NCBI GenBank assembly: GCA_963715985.1
Contig: CAVQSP010000013.1
Coordinates: forward strand, 416,001-480,000
DNA from: an uncultured Thermoleophilia bacterium
Lineage (GTDB): Bacteria > Actinomycetota > Thermoleophilia > UBA2241
Reading direction: 5' to 3'
Length of the DNA stretch: 64,000 nt
The notes beneath the pieces are model-generated. The model was given only the letters and a program-made list of their open reading frames with translations. It did no database searches and had not been told where the DNA came from. The position numbers and the translations under genes are program-made. Below are positions 9,062 to 19,884 of this stretch, piece by piece. Every line of letters begins with the position of its first letter. Position 1 is the stretch's first letter.

Positions 9062-10707
9062 GCCGCCTGGACCTCGTCGTCGCCGGCGCCCGCGTGGTGG
9101 ACGGGTGCGGCAACCCGTGGTTCTACGGCGACGTGGGCATACGCGGCGACCGCGTGGCCGCCATCGGACGGCCGGGGACGCTGCGGGCGCCGGCCGTCGT
9201 CGAGGCCGGCGGCCGCTACGTGTGCCCGGGGTTCATCGATCCGCACACGCACTCCGACGTCTCGATCCTGCTGCACCCGCGCGCCGACTCCGCGGTACGC
9301 CAGGGCGTCACCACCCACGTCACCGGCAACTGCGGCATGTCGGCGGCGCCGGTGAGCGTCGCCCACCGCGACGACGCCGTACACAACTGGGGCCACTACG
9401 CCTGGGACCTCGCGGGCGTCGCCTGGGACTGGCGCACGTTCGGCCAGTACCTCAGGGCACTCGGCCGCGCCGGCCACGCCATCAACATCGCGCCGCTCGT
9501 AGGGCACGGGGCCCTGCGCCTGGCCGTGGTCGGGTTCGCCGAGCGGGCCGTCAGCGCGCGCGAACTGGCGCGCATGGAGCGCCTCCTCGACGAGGCCATG
9601 CGCGCCGGCGCCCACGGCATGTCGAGCGGCCTCGTCTATCCTCCCGGCTGCTTCGCCGACACCGGCGAGCTCCTGCGTCTGTGCCGCGTGGTGGCCAGGT
9701 ACGGCGGCATCTACACGTCGCACGTGCGCGGCGAGCGCGAGACCATCCTCGAGGCGGTCGCCGAGGCCATCGCCATCGGTCGCGCCGCCGGCGTGGCCGT
9801 GGAGGTCTCGCACAACGCGCCCAAATGGGGCGCGCCTGAGGACGCGAGCGCCAATCTGGCGCTCATGGAGCAGGCGCGCCGCGAGGGTCTGGACGTGACC
9901 ACCGACAACGACGCGCATCCGGAGCTGGCGCCACGCCTCTCCCGCGCCCTGCCGCAGCCGCTGCTGGATGTGAGCCGCGAGGAGCTGCTCGCGCTGCTCG
10001 CGGACCCGGCGCGGCGCGAGCAGCTGCGCCGCGACATCGCCGAGGACGTCCTCCCCGGCGCCGGCTACCTCGGCCTCGTCCGGCACGGCCGCTTCGACCG
10101 TATCGTCATCCTCCACGCCGGGCGGCATCCGGAGTTGCGCGGCCGCGCCGTCGCGGACATCGCCGCCGAGCGCGGCCGTGACCCCTTCGACGTCTTCCTC
10201 GACCTCATCGTCGAGGAGGACGACGACGTGGTCGGCATCTTCGACTACATCCTCGAGGACGACATCCGCGCCCTGCTGCGCAGCCCGCTCGCCATGGTGT
10301 CGTCGGATGGTCTGGTCATGCCGCCGGCCGACGAGATCGACGATCCCGCCCTGTACTGGCCCTGCAGCTACGGCGAGTACGCAGGCGTTCTGGCCCGCTT
10401 CGTGCGCGAGGAGGGTGTGCTGCGCCTCGAGGAGGCCGTGCGCAAGATGACCTCCTTCCCGGCGCAGCGCTTCGGCCTGCACGACCGCGGCGTGCTGCGT
10501 CCCGGCCTCAAGGCCGATCTCGTGGTGTTCGACCTCGAGAGGGTGCGGGACCGCGCCACCAACCGCTTCCCCCACACCTATCCCTTCGCGAACATCCCAC
10601 ACCGGCACGCCGAGGGCTTCGACTGGGTGATCGTCAACGGCGAGCCGGTGATCGCCGACGGCGAGCACACGGGAGCACTGCCCGGGCGGGTGCTTCGCCG
10701 CAGCTGA
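9058..10707 (+). CDS. N-acyl-D-amino-acid deacylase (D-aminoacylase family amidohydrolase)
   Basis: VVDGCGNPWFYGDVGI, PGFIDPHTHSD, QGVTTHVTGNCGMS, SHVRGE, SSDG, LEEAVRKMTSFPA, ADLVVFD; ATG at 9058 overlaps upstream stop. Confidence 0.9.
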   Translation: MSRLDLVVAGARVVDGCGNPWFYGDVGIRGDRVAAIGRPGTLRAPAVVEAGGRYVCPGFIDPHTHSDVSILLHPRADSAVRQGVTTHVTGNCGMSAAPVSVAHRDDAVHNWGHYAWDLAGVAWDWRTFGQYLRALGRAGHAINIAPLVGHGALRLAVVGFAERAVSARELARMERLLDEAMRAGAHGMSSGLVYPPGCFADTGELLRLCRVVARYGGIYTSHVRGERETILEAVAEAIAIGRAAGVAVEVSHNAPKWGAPEDASANLALMEQARREGLDVTTDNDAHPELAPRLSRALPQPLLDVSREELLALLADPARREQLRRDIAEDVLPGAGYLGLVRHGRFDRIVILHAGRHPELRGRAVADIAAERGRDPFDVFLDLIVEEDDDVVGIFDYILEDDIRALLRSPLAMVSSDGLVMPPADEIDDPALYWPCSYGEYAGVLARFVREEGVLRLEEAVRKMTSFPAQRFGLHDRGVLRPGLKADLVVFDLERVRDRATNRFPHTYPFANIPHRHAEGFDWVIVNGEPVIADGEHTGALPGRVLRRS

Positions 10708-10773
10708 TGGGCCACCGCGGCCAGAGCGCTCCCGCACCGAGGTCCAGAACGTACACGCCACCGCGGCCTCTTT

Positions 10774-10820
10774 TGTCACATGTTGTGGTGTCACACTTGG
10801 ACATGCTGTAGAATCTCCCC
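10774..10820 (+). promoter_or_regulatory. Leaderless promoter of the PucR gene with TGTCACA direct repeat
   Basis: TAGAAT(10809-10814) lies 6 nt before the ATG with no SD; TGTCACA at 10774 and 10789. Confidence 0.55.
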
Positions 10821-12479
10821 ATGATCACGGTCCAGGACATCCTCGAGATCCCGGATCTCGACCTCCGCCTGCTCGCCGGCACCAAGTCCACGAGCAACCC
10901 CGTGCGCTGGGTGCACATCACTGAAGTCCCCGACCCCACCAAGTGGCTCAAGGGCGGGGAACTGCTGCTCACCACCGGCTACGGCTTCGTCGGCAACGAA
11001 GAGGAGCAGGTGGCGCAGATGAAGCGCCTCATCGACCACAACATCTCGGGCCTCGGCTTCGGCACCGGGTTCAGTTTCGACAAGGTGCCCCCGGCTCTCG
11101 TCAGGGTGGCCGAAGAGTACGGCTTCCCGCTGTTCGAGGTGCCGTACCACGTGCCGTTCATCGCCATCACCGAGGCCGTGGCGTCCAAGATCGTCAACGA
11201 GCAGTACTCGCTTCTGCAGCGCAGCCTCGCCGTGCACGAGAAGCTCACCAAGATCGTGCTGGAGGAGAAGGGCCTCGAGGCCATCCTCTCGACGCTCTCG
11301 GCCCTCGTCGGCTGCTCCGCCGTGCTCTTCGACTTCCACGGCGTGGTGCTCTGCGAGGCCGCCTATCGCCGGCGCCTCGGCGGCGAGCTCATCGCCGACC
11401 TCTGGGGCCGCATCAGCGACCGCCGCGCGGACCGCCAGAACTTCGCCCTCACCATCGCCGGGGTGGCTTCCGGCGTCCAGGTGTACCCGGTGGTCGCCTC
11501 GCACCGCATCGGCGCGTTTCTCGCCGTGGTCAAGGACAGCGGCGACTTCAGCGAGTACGACCGCATCATCCTGCACAACGTGGTCACCGTGACGGCCCTC
11601 GAGCTGGTCAAGAAGAAGGCCGTCGCCGAGACCGAGAAGCGCCTCGCCGGCGACTTCTTCGACGAGCTCATCGCCAGCGACCTCTACGAGGAGGAGATCG
11701 CCCGCCGGCTCGCGTTCTTCGGGCTGGACCCGCTCTCGCCGCACCTCATCCTGCTCCTGGACATCGATGCGGCGCCCGAGGGCGGCGCGGATGCCGTCCA
11801 GGCCGGCGCCCAGGACGTGCGCGAGCGGCTCCACTGGGCGGTGGACGAGTTCATGGCGCGACGCGACGTGCTCTTCATCTCGGCTTCGAGGGCCGACTCG
11901 GTGGTCATCCTCGTGCAGCCGGGCAAGGCGGACGGCAGCGACGTCATCGGCCTGGCCGGGGAACTGCAGGCGGCCATCGGCCAGCTCCTCCCCGAGGTCA
12001 GCGTGTCACTCGGCATCGGCCGCCCGCACCGCCAGCTCATCGACCTGCGGCAGAGCTACTACGAGGCCAGCTACGCCATCAAGATCCGCACGCTCAAGGG
12101 CGAGCGCCGCGTCATCGCCAGCTTCGACGACCTCGGGTCCTACGGCCTGCTGCTCGGTCTGCAGGACACGCTGTCCCTGCAGGTCTTCTACGACAGCGTG
12201 CTCGGCAAGCTTCAGGAGTACGACGAGCAGAACTCCAGCGACCTCGTCAAGAGCCTCGCCTGCTTCCTCGAGGCCAACGGCCATTGGGGCGACGCTGCCG
12301 AGAAGCTGTACGTGCACCGGCACACCTTGCGGTACCGCATGAAGCGGGTGGAGGAGATCACCGGCCGCGACCTCGACCAGTCACAGGATCGCATGGAGTT
12401 CTGGCTGGCGCTCAAGGCCAAGGAGCTCATCGACCAGTCCCAGAAGGGCAAACCGGGCCCGGACGCACGGCGCTCCTGA
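10821..12479 (+). CDS. PucR family transcriptional regulator (PucR ligand domain + C-terminal HTH)
   Basis: VRWVHITEVPDPTKWLKGGELLLTTG; C-terminal AAEKLYVHRHTLRYRMKRVEEITG. Confidence 0.93.
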   Translation: MITVQDILEIPDLDLRLLAGTKSTSNPVRWVHITEVPDPTKWLKGGELLLTTGYGFVGNEEEQVAQMKRLIDHNISGLGFGTGFSFDKVPPALVRVAEEYGFPLFEVPYHVPFIAITEAVASKIVNEQYSLLQRSLAVHEKLTKIVLEEKGLEAILSTLSALVGCSAVLFDFHGVVLCEAAYRRRLGGELIADLWGRISDRRADRQNFALTIAGVASGVQVYPVVASHRIGAFLAVVKDSGDFSEYDRIILHNVVTVTALELVKKKAVAETEKRLAGDFFDELIASDLYEEEIARRLAFFGLDPLSPHLILLLDIDAAPEGGADAVQAGAQDVRERLHWAVDEFMARRDVLFISASRADSVVILVQPGKADGSDVIGLAGELQAAIGQLLPEVSVSLGIGRPHRQLIDLRQSYYEASYAIKIRTLKGERRVIASFDDLGSYGLLLGLQDTLSLQVFYDSVLGKLQEYDEQNSSDLVKSLACFLEANGHWGDAAEKLYVHRHTLRYRMKRVEEITGRDLDQSQDRMEFWLALKAKELIDQSQKGKPGPDARRS

Positions 12480-12584
12480 GCCCGCTCCGGGACGAGGCTC
12501 GCTAGCGGCCGCAGGCACTCCAGCGAGCGGGGCGCCAACGAGCTGGGGAACGGCTCGGATGTCGCAGACCAGGCACACCGCTCA

Positions 12585-13349
12585 CTAGGACGTCACCAGC
12601 GAGCCGTTGTCCACCACCACGTTGACGCCCGTCACCGCGTCCGTCCCCAGGCAGAACCGCACCGCGGCGCCGATGTCGCGCGTGCTCACGAGCCGCTCGG
12701 ACGCCACCTTGGAGGCGGCGCGCAACGTGGCCTCGCGGTGCTCGTCGTCATCGAGGTCCACGGGGCCCGGCGCCACGCCGCACACGCGCACGCCCTCGGG
12801 TGCCCAGGCGCGGGCCAGCTCCTTGACCAGGTGGATCTGCGCGGCTTTGGCGGCGCCGTGGGCGGCGAAGTTGGCCCACGGCTGCAGGCCGAGGTAGTCG
12901 GTGAGCGCGATGATGGCGCCGGCCGGCTCCGGGGCGCCGGCCACTCGGTCCGAGAGGAACTGCTCACGGGCCGCGCAGGCCGCGAAGAAGAACCCTTTCG
13001 CGATGGTGTCCAGCGAGCCGTCCCACGAGGCCTCGTCCAGGTCCTGCGGCGGCGTCGGCACGAAGGGCCCGCTGGCCGCGAACACGAGCCCGTCCAGCCC
13101 GCCGAGCGCCGCGGCCGCCTCGGAGACGAGCCGGGCGGCGGCCGCGGGCCGACGCACGTCGCCGGCCACGGCCGCGGCGTACGGCGCGCCGGCCGCGCGC
13201 AGCGCGGCGACCTGCGCCGCGGCGGCCTCGCCGGCCTCGCGCGAGGAGACGCAGACGGAGGCGCCGGCCCCGGCGAGGTCGAGCGCGATGGCCCTCCCCA
13301 GCCGGCGGACGCCGCCGATCACGAGCAGTCTGGCGCCGGCGACCTTCAT
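12585..13349 (-). CDS. SDR family oxidoreductase (pteridine-reductase-like)
   Basis: GGVRRLGRAIA Rossmann motif, HGAAKAA at the YxxxK position, VCGVAPGPV, VTGVNVVVDNG; start overlaps upstream gene stop. Confidence 0.8.
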   Translation of the reverse strand: MKVAGARLLVIGGVRRLGRAIALDLAGAGASVCVSSREAGEAAAAQVAALRAAGAPYAAAVAGDVRRPAAAARLVSEAAAALGGLDGLVFAASGPFVPTPPQDLDEASWDGSLDTIAKGFFFAACAAREQFLSDRVAGAPEPAGAIIALTDYLGLQPWANFAAHGAAKAAQIHLVKELARAWAPEGVRVCGVAPGPVDLDDDEHREATLRAASKVASERLVSTRDIGAAVRFCLGTDAVTGVNVVVDNGSLVTS

Positions 13350-14356
13350 GCCGGCTCCCCGAGGTGCTCGTACAGTTCTGCGGCGATGCTCGCGATGGCG
13401 GCCGAAGCCTGCCCCCGGCTGCGCTCGGGCAGGCCCTTCCAGAAGACCACCATCACCACGGGCGCGCCGGACGGAGTGAAGACGAGGGCGGCGTCGTTGC
13501 TCGTCCCGGTCACGCCGCCGGTCTTGTTGGCCACCAGCAGGCCGGGCGGCAGCCCGGCGGGGATCTTGTCGCGCCACTCCTGGCGGCTGAGGATCTCGAT
13601 CATGAGCCGGCAGCTCGGGGCAGAGGCGCAGCGTGCTTCGGCGATCATGGCCAGCAGCTCGGCCATGTCGCGCGGGGAGCCCTGGTTGTCCAGGGCCTGG
13701 TCGACGGCGAAGGCGTCGTCGTAACCCAGCGACTCGTCCGGTCCCCAGCGCTCGTCGTAGCGGTGCTGGAAGCCCGCACCGCTGAGCCGCTCGTTCTCCT
13801 CGAGCACGCGCGCGAACGCTGCTTCGCCCTCGCCGCGCGCCTCCAGCTCGTGCCACCGCGCCACGATCTGCGGGCCGCTCAGCGCGCTCCACTCGCTGCC
13901 CAGGCCGCACTCCATGAGGAAGTACTCGCGGTTGGGCATGCGGCAGTCGATGCTGTCGAGCCCCAGACCCCTCATCGTGTGGTTGACCGACCCGAGGCCC
14001 ACCAGCCGCCACAGCATGTCGGTGGCGGTGTTGTCGCTAAGGGTGATCATGAGGTAGAGGAGGTCTCTCACCGAAGGCTGCAGGCCTTCCTTGCAGTGAA
14101 TGAGGGTGCTCCCCGGGCTCTTGTCGCTCTCGTGCAAAGTGAGGCGGTCGTCGAGCCGGACGGCGCCGCCGTCGACCCTGCGCATCACCTCGACCATGAC
14201 GGGGATCTTGAAGCAGCTCGCCATCGGGAACAGCTCGTCGGCGTTGACGCAGACGGCCGCTTCGCTGGCGAGATTGCGGGCGGCCACGCCCACCGTACCG
14301 CCCAGCGCGGACGACACGGCCGCGACGCGCTCGTGGACCCCCTCCGGCCTGGCCAT
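13346..14356 (-). CDS. Class A beta-lactamase-fold serine hydrolase, cytoplasmic
   Basis: FPMASCFK (SxxK), SDN, NKTG; SD GGAGG before ATG 14356; no signal peptide. Confidence 0.85.
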   Translation of the reverse strand: MARPEGVHERVAAVSSALGGTVGVAARNLASEAAVCVNADELFPMASCFKIPVMVEVMRRVDGGAVRLDDRLTLHESDKSPGSTLIHCKEGLQPSVRDLLYLMITLSDNTATDMLWRLVGLGSVNHTMRGLGLDSIDCRMPNREYFLMECGLGSEWSALSGPQIVARWHELEARGEGEAAFARVLEENERLSGAGFQHRYDERWGPDESLGYDDAFAVDQALDNQGSPRDMAELLAMIAEARCASAPSCRLMIEILSRQEWRDKIPAGLPPGLLVANKTGGVTGTSNDAALVFTPSGAPVVMVVFWKGLPERSRGQASAAIASIAAELYEHLGEPA

Positions 14357-14422
14357 GGACACGCCTCCCTTCGGCTCGTGCGCCAACGATACACGAGCTG
14401 CGCGATGCGGAGCCAGTGAGCG

Positions 14423-14510
14423 CGCCCATCCTTTGGGCGCTGTGCAGCGGATGGGCGATTTCTTTGCATTGTGGGCTTTTCTGTGCGTTCCGTTGTGCTA
14501 GAGTGCACAA
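14423..14510. promoter_or_regulatory. Divergent promoter region with two inverted repeats (candidate operator sites)
   Basis: CGCCCATCC(14423-31)/GGATGGGCG(14449-57) and TTGTGC-TAGAGT-GCACAA(14493-14510); locally AT-rich. Confidence 0.5.
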
Positions 14511-14578
14511 ACACGCACGACTCTGTGCATCCGCACGCGCGGAGAACGAAATCAACCGACAAGGAGCGAGGAGGAGCC

Positions 14579-15700
<1,122 letters not shown>

Positions 15701-15888
15701 CAGCGCTTTCGGCTCCCGTGCGGCCAGTGGCCGCCTGCGGGCTCACGTGCCAGAATGGAGCCGCGCTCGGACCGACGTCCGGGCGCGGCTCCATCCGTTC
15801 CGGGCGAGACTCCGGTGCGCGGGACATGCGGCGTGCGCGGAGGGGACGGGGGGAGCGCCGAAGCACCTCACGCGGCAAAGGAGCACGA

Positions 15889-17627
15889 ATGGGCGACCTT
15901 CTCCGTATCGACCTCACCACGCGGACCACCAGCGAAGAGACGGTGCCTCCGCAGCTCATCAAGGAGCTCATCGGCGCCAAGGGCATCGGCACGCACTATC
16001 TCTGCGAGGAGGTCGGGCCGGACGTCGACCCGCTGAGCCCCGGCAACAAGCTCATCTTCGTGGTCGGGCCCATGGGCGGCACCACCATGCTGGGCAGCAA
16101 CCGGTACTCCGTGTTCTTCGCCTCGCCGCTCACCAACGGCTACGGCGAGTGCTACTCGGGCGGCAACCTCACGCCGCAGTTCGCCAGACCGGCTACAAGG
16201 TGGTCATCGTCGAGGGCAAGGCCGATGGACCTGCCTACCTCGAAGATCAGCGAACAGGGTGCTGCGTTCCACGACGCCTCCGACTCTGTGGGGGATGGAC
16301 GCGTTCAAGGCCGAGGACGCGATGCTCGCGCGCACGCCAGCACCAGAAGGCGCAGGCCTGCGTCATCGGCCAGGCCGGCGAGCAGCTCGTGCGGTTCGCC
16401 TGCGTCAACAACAACTACTGGCACCAGCTCGGTCGCGGCGGCCCGGGCGCCGTGTTCGGCTCCAAGAACCTCAAGGGCGTGGTCTGGCACGGCGAGAAGA
16501 AGGTCGAGGTGGCGCGTCCGGACGACTACAAGGCCGTGGTCCGCGACCTCATCGAGCGCATGCAAGGACGATCCCGGCGTCGCCGCCTACCAGCGCGGCG
16601 GCACGCTCAACATGGTGCGCGACCATGAACGGTCAGAACGCGTTCCCCACGAAGTACTGGCGCAGCGGCTCATTCGAGACCTTCGAGCGCATCACGGTCG
16701 AGACCATGCTGGCGGAGCACGGCACGGTCAACCAGACTTGCCCGCCGTGCGTGTTCAAGTGCGTCAAGCGCAACACGGTGTTCAAGGGTCGCCACGAGGG
16801 CCTCGTCGTCGAAGGGCCCCGAGTACGAGACCGCCTACGTGTTCGGCGGCCTCTGCTGCATCGACGACTTCGCCGAGATCATGTGGCTCAACGACCTCTG
16901 CGACCGCTTCGGCGTGGACACTATGGACGCCGGTAACCTGTGCGCGCTGGCCATCGAGTGCAGCCAGCGCGGCATCATCGACGAGAAGCTCGGCTGGAAC
17001 GACCCTGTCGGCGTCGGCGCCTTCCTCGAGAAGCTCTGCCTGCGTGAGGGCATCGGCGACCTGTGGGCCGAGGGCATCCTCGCGGTCGAGAAGGAGTATG
17101 GGCTCGAGGGCCTCGCCGTGCACTGCAAAGGCATGGCGCCGGCCGGCTACGAGCCCCGCCGCATGAAGGGAATGGGCCTGGGCTTCGCGACCACGCCGCG
17201 TGGCGCCTGCCACCTGCGCGCCACGATGTACAAGCCCGAGATCACGGGCGTCATCGACCCCCAGGAGGTCGTGGGCAAGGCGGCCATCTACTGCGACTGG
17301 GAAGACCGCCTCACCATCATGGACACGCTGATCTACTGCCGCTTCTACCGGGACATGGTGCAGTGGCCGTACATCACAGCGGTGGTCAACGCCGTCATCG
17401 GCACCGACTACACCGAAGAGGACCTGCACCGCATCGCCAACCGCATCATCGGCATGGGCAGGGACTTCAACCTGGCGCGCGGCATCGGCAGGGAGACCGA
17501 GCGGCTGCCGGAGTGGGTCTCGGACAAGCCGCGCGAAGACACGGGCTGGACGTTCCCGCAGAGCGAGATGGAGTACATGCTCGCCGAGTACTACGAGATC
17601 CGCGGCTGGGGGCCGCTGCCTGCCTGA
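15889..17627 (+). CDS. Aldehyde:ferredoxin oxidoreductase (tungstopterin AOR family), several frameshifts between ~16180 and ~16820
   Basis: LLRIDL, LIGAKGIG, DPLSPGNKLIF, SPLT, GRGGPGAVFGSKNLK, CPPCVFKC, GPEYET, GVDTM, REGIGD, RGACHLR. Confidence 0.88.
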
Positions 17628-17648
17628 CCCCCGCGGCCGGGCCGGTGT

Positions 17649-17981
17649 TCAGAGACCCAGGTACTCCCGGACCTTGCGGTACGGCCGCAAGCCGTCGTTG
17701 AACGCCAGCAGGAGGACCTGAAGGCGACGCACTGAAGCGTCCAGGGCATCGAGGTTGAGGGCGATCGCGTCCACCTTGAGGCCGATGTGGTAGCTCACCG
17801 AGGCGAGCTCCTCGGACCTGTGCGCCAAGCCCTCGGCGAGCGGCAGCGCCACCTTCGAGATCCTGATGCCGCGCTTGGCCAGCTTCCACGCCCTGTGCGC
17901 GAAGTAGGCGGCGAAGACCAGCACGATGACGAAGCTGATGAGCCCGACGGTGAGCAGGCCGAGTCCGTTGAAGTGCGTCAT
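17649..17981 (-). CDS. Small membrane-anchored hypothetical protein (N-terminal TM + helical domain, loosely DUF948-like)
   Basis: Hydrophobic LGLLTVGLISFVIVLVFAAYFA then amphipathic helix; -10 TACACT 7 nt before ATG. Confidence 0.6.
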   Translation of the reverse strand: MTHFNGLGLLTVGLISFVIVLVFAAYFAHRAWKLAKRGIRISKVALPLAEGLAHRSEELASVSYHIGLKVDAIALNLDALDASVRRLQVLLLAFNDGLRPYRKVREYLGL

Positions 17982-18035
17982 GCAGCACAGTGTACCGCGT
18001 TGCGCCGCGCTGTGACAGACGGACCCTGCGGGGGG

Positions 18036-19115
18036 CTACTGCAGGCGGATGGGGTACCTGCAGGCGAGCGCTGCGCCGCGTCCGGCGAGCCTGCTGACCT
18101 TGACGACGTCGCCGGTGTGTGGCGCTTCGATGAAGAGCCCGTTGCCGATGTAGATGCCGACGTGGTGGTAGAAGGCGGGCGTGCCGAAGAAGACGAGGTC
18201 CGCCGGTTGCAGCTGGTCGAACGGGACCGGGGTGCCCTGGTACGCCTGCATGGTGGCGCCGTGGGGGAAGCTCACGCCGAACTTGGCGTACACATAGAGC
18301 ACCAGGCCGGAGCAGTCGAAGCCGCCCGAGGGCGTGGCGCCGGCCCACACGTAGGGGATGCCCAGGTACCGCATCGTCTCCTTGACGAGCGCGATCTGGG
18401 CGGCGGTGCCGTTGATGCTGTCGATGTCCACGCCGACGGAGTCGGCGAGGCGCTGCGCCGCCATGGCGTCACGCAGCGCCTGCTGGCGGAGGAGCTCTTT
18501 GACGCGCGCGTCCAGGTCGGCGAGCAGGGCTTTGCGCTGCGCGAGCTGGTCCTCCACGTCCGCGCGCTTGGCGCGCAGGTCCTTCTCGCGCTCGAGGGCT
18601 TTGGCGCGGTCGTCCTCGATCTGCCCGGTGAGCCGTGCCACGTTGGTCTCGAGCTCCTCGATGCCGGCGACTGCGTCCGCGTCTGCCTGGCTGATCTGCT
18701 GGAAGTAGCCGATCTGCGTGTCGATCTCGGTGAAATCGCCGGTGCTGAGCAGGATGTCGAGCACGCTCACGCCGCCGTTCTTGTAGATGTCCGCCATACG
18801 CTCGCCGAGCACCGAGCGCGCCACGTCCAGCTGCGTCTCTGCGCGCGCGAGGTCGCTGCGCATGGCGATGAGCTGGACGTTGAGGTCGTCGAGCTCGGCG
18901 CGCGCCATGTTGTACTTCTCGATGGCGACCTCGACCTGGCGGTCGAGCTTCGCGACCTCCCGGCGCACCGTCGCGGCCTGTGTCTGGGCGCCGGCGAGAT
19001 CCTGCGCGGGGGGTGTGGCAAGAGCGGGGGCGGCGATAGCGGCGACGTACGCGACGCAGGCGACGAGGATCGCCGCCGCTGCCCAGCGTGCTCTGGTGTG
19101 TGCCCGGTGCTTCAA
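18036..19115 (-). CDS. Secreted NlpC/P60 peptidoglycan endopeptidase with coiled coil (CwlO/RipA-like)
   Basis: Signal peptide ending APALA, coiled coil, YLGIPYVWAG...FDCSGL...HHVGIY; TTG start with AAGGA SD. Confidence 0.9.
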   Translation of the reverse strand: MKHRAHTRARWAAAAILVACVAYVAAIAAPALATPPAQDLAGAQTQAATVRREVAKLDRQVEVAIEKYNMARAELDDLNVQLIAMRSDLARAETQLDVARSVLGERMADIYKNGGVSVLDILLSTGDFTEIDTQIGYFQQISQADADAVAGIEELETNVARLTGQIEDDRAKALEREKDLRAKRADVEDQLAQRKALLADLDARVKELLRQQALRDAMAAQRLADSVGVDIDSINGTAAQIALVKETMRYLGIPYVWAGATPSGGFDCSGLVLYVYAKFGVSFPHGATMQAYQGTPVPFDQLQPADLVFFGTPAFYHHVGIYIGNGLFIEAPHTGDVVKVSRLAGRGAALACRYPIRLQ

Positions 19116-19201
19116 ACTCGTCCTTGCCGTGTACAGCACAGTGTATCGGAAGATGCGGCGCTCCCTTTACCGTCACACCCGCGTCCGCACGGGCCGGCGT
19201 C

Positions 19202-19231
19202 TTTACAATCGCCGACAGCCGGGTATACAAT
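19202..19231 (+). promoter_or_regulatory. Sigma-A promoter of tRNA-fMet
   Basis: TTTACA(19202-07), 18 nt, TACAAT(19226-31). Confidence 0.7.
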
Positions 19232-19245
19232 CCTCAATCCAACGT

Positions 19246-19322
<77 letters not shown>

Positions 19323-19332
19323 AGCCCTCCTG

Positions 19333-19356
19333 GGCCCCCGTTCGGGGGCCTTTCTT
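19333..19356 (+). terminator. Rho-independent terminator after tRNA
   Basis: GGCCCCCG-TT-CGGGGGCC hairpin followed by TTTCTT. Confidence 0.8.
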
Positions 19357-19529
19357 GTTGCCGGTCCGCACCGACCCCCGCGTCGCCGCGCACGGCCTCG
19401 CAAGGCCCCCCGCGGGGCCGCCGCAGCGAGGCCCGGTGCGGGCTGTGCATCCACAGCGTTCTCCCGAAGCCTTCTGCTATGCTCGGTGCGGTCTCGACAG
19501 GCGGCCCGCGCCGCCACGAAGGAGGCGTG

Positions 19530-19877
19530 ATGTCAGTGCTGCTCGTGGTGTCCTCGGCCCCTTACGGCAGCGAGGGTCCCTACAATGCGTTCCGTCTTGC
19601 CGACGCCCTCGCCATCCGCGAGGAGCACGTCGAGATCTTCCTCATGGGCGACGCCGTGCACGCGGCGCGCGCCGGGCAGGATCCCCGGGGCGCCCACGCC
19701 TCCCTCGAGCAGATGCTCCTGAGTCTGCTGGAGAAGGGCGTCGACGTGACCTGCTGCGGCACCTGCTGCACCACGCGCGGCGTGACCGAGGGCGACCTCG
19801 TCCCCCTGGCGCGCATGGGCACCGTCCACGACCTGGCGGCTGCCACGCTCCGCAGCGACCGGGTCGTCTCCTTCTGA
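19530..19877 (+). CDS. DsrE/YchN family protein
   Basis: SSAPYGSEGPYNAFRLA, IFLMGDAV, CGTCCTTRG, SDRVVSF; SD AAGGAGG. Confidence 0.85.
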   Translation: MSVLLVVSSAPYGSEGPYNAFRLADALAIREEHVEIFLMGDAVHAARAGQDPRGAHASLEQMLLSLLEKGVDVTCCGTCCTTRGVTEGDLVPLARMGTVHDLAAATLRSDRVVSF

Positions 19878-19884
19878 CGCCGTC

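Noticed and set aside
7714-10707. 997-aa C45/D-aminoacylase fusion suggested by the ORF track
   Set aside because: Artefact of the C45 frameshifts; the C45 C-terminus stops at 9061, overlapping a separate ATG at 9058
13346-14356. Antibiotic-resistance beta-lactamase
   Set aside because: No signal peptide, no recognisable ExxLN omega loop, and a catabolic gene context
15780-15888. Glycine or tungsten-cofactor riboswitch upstream of AOR
   Set aside because: Only short fragments (CGCCGAAG, CCTCAC...AAAGGAG) resemble the consensus; the core helices could not be built
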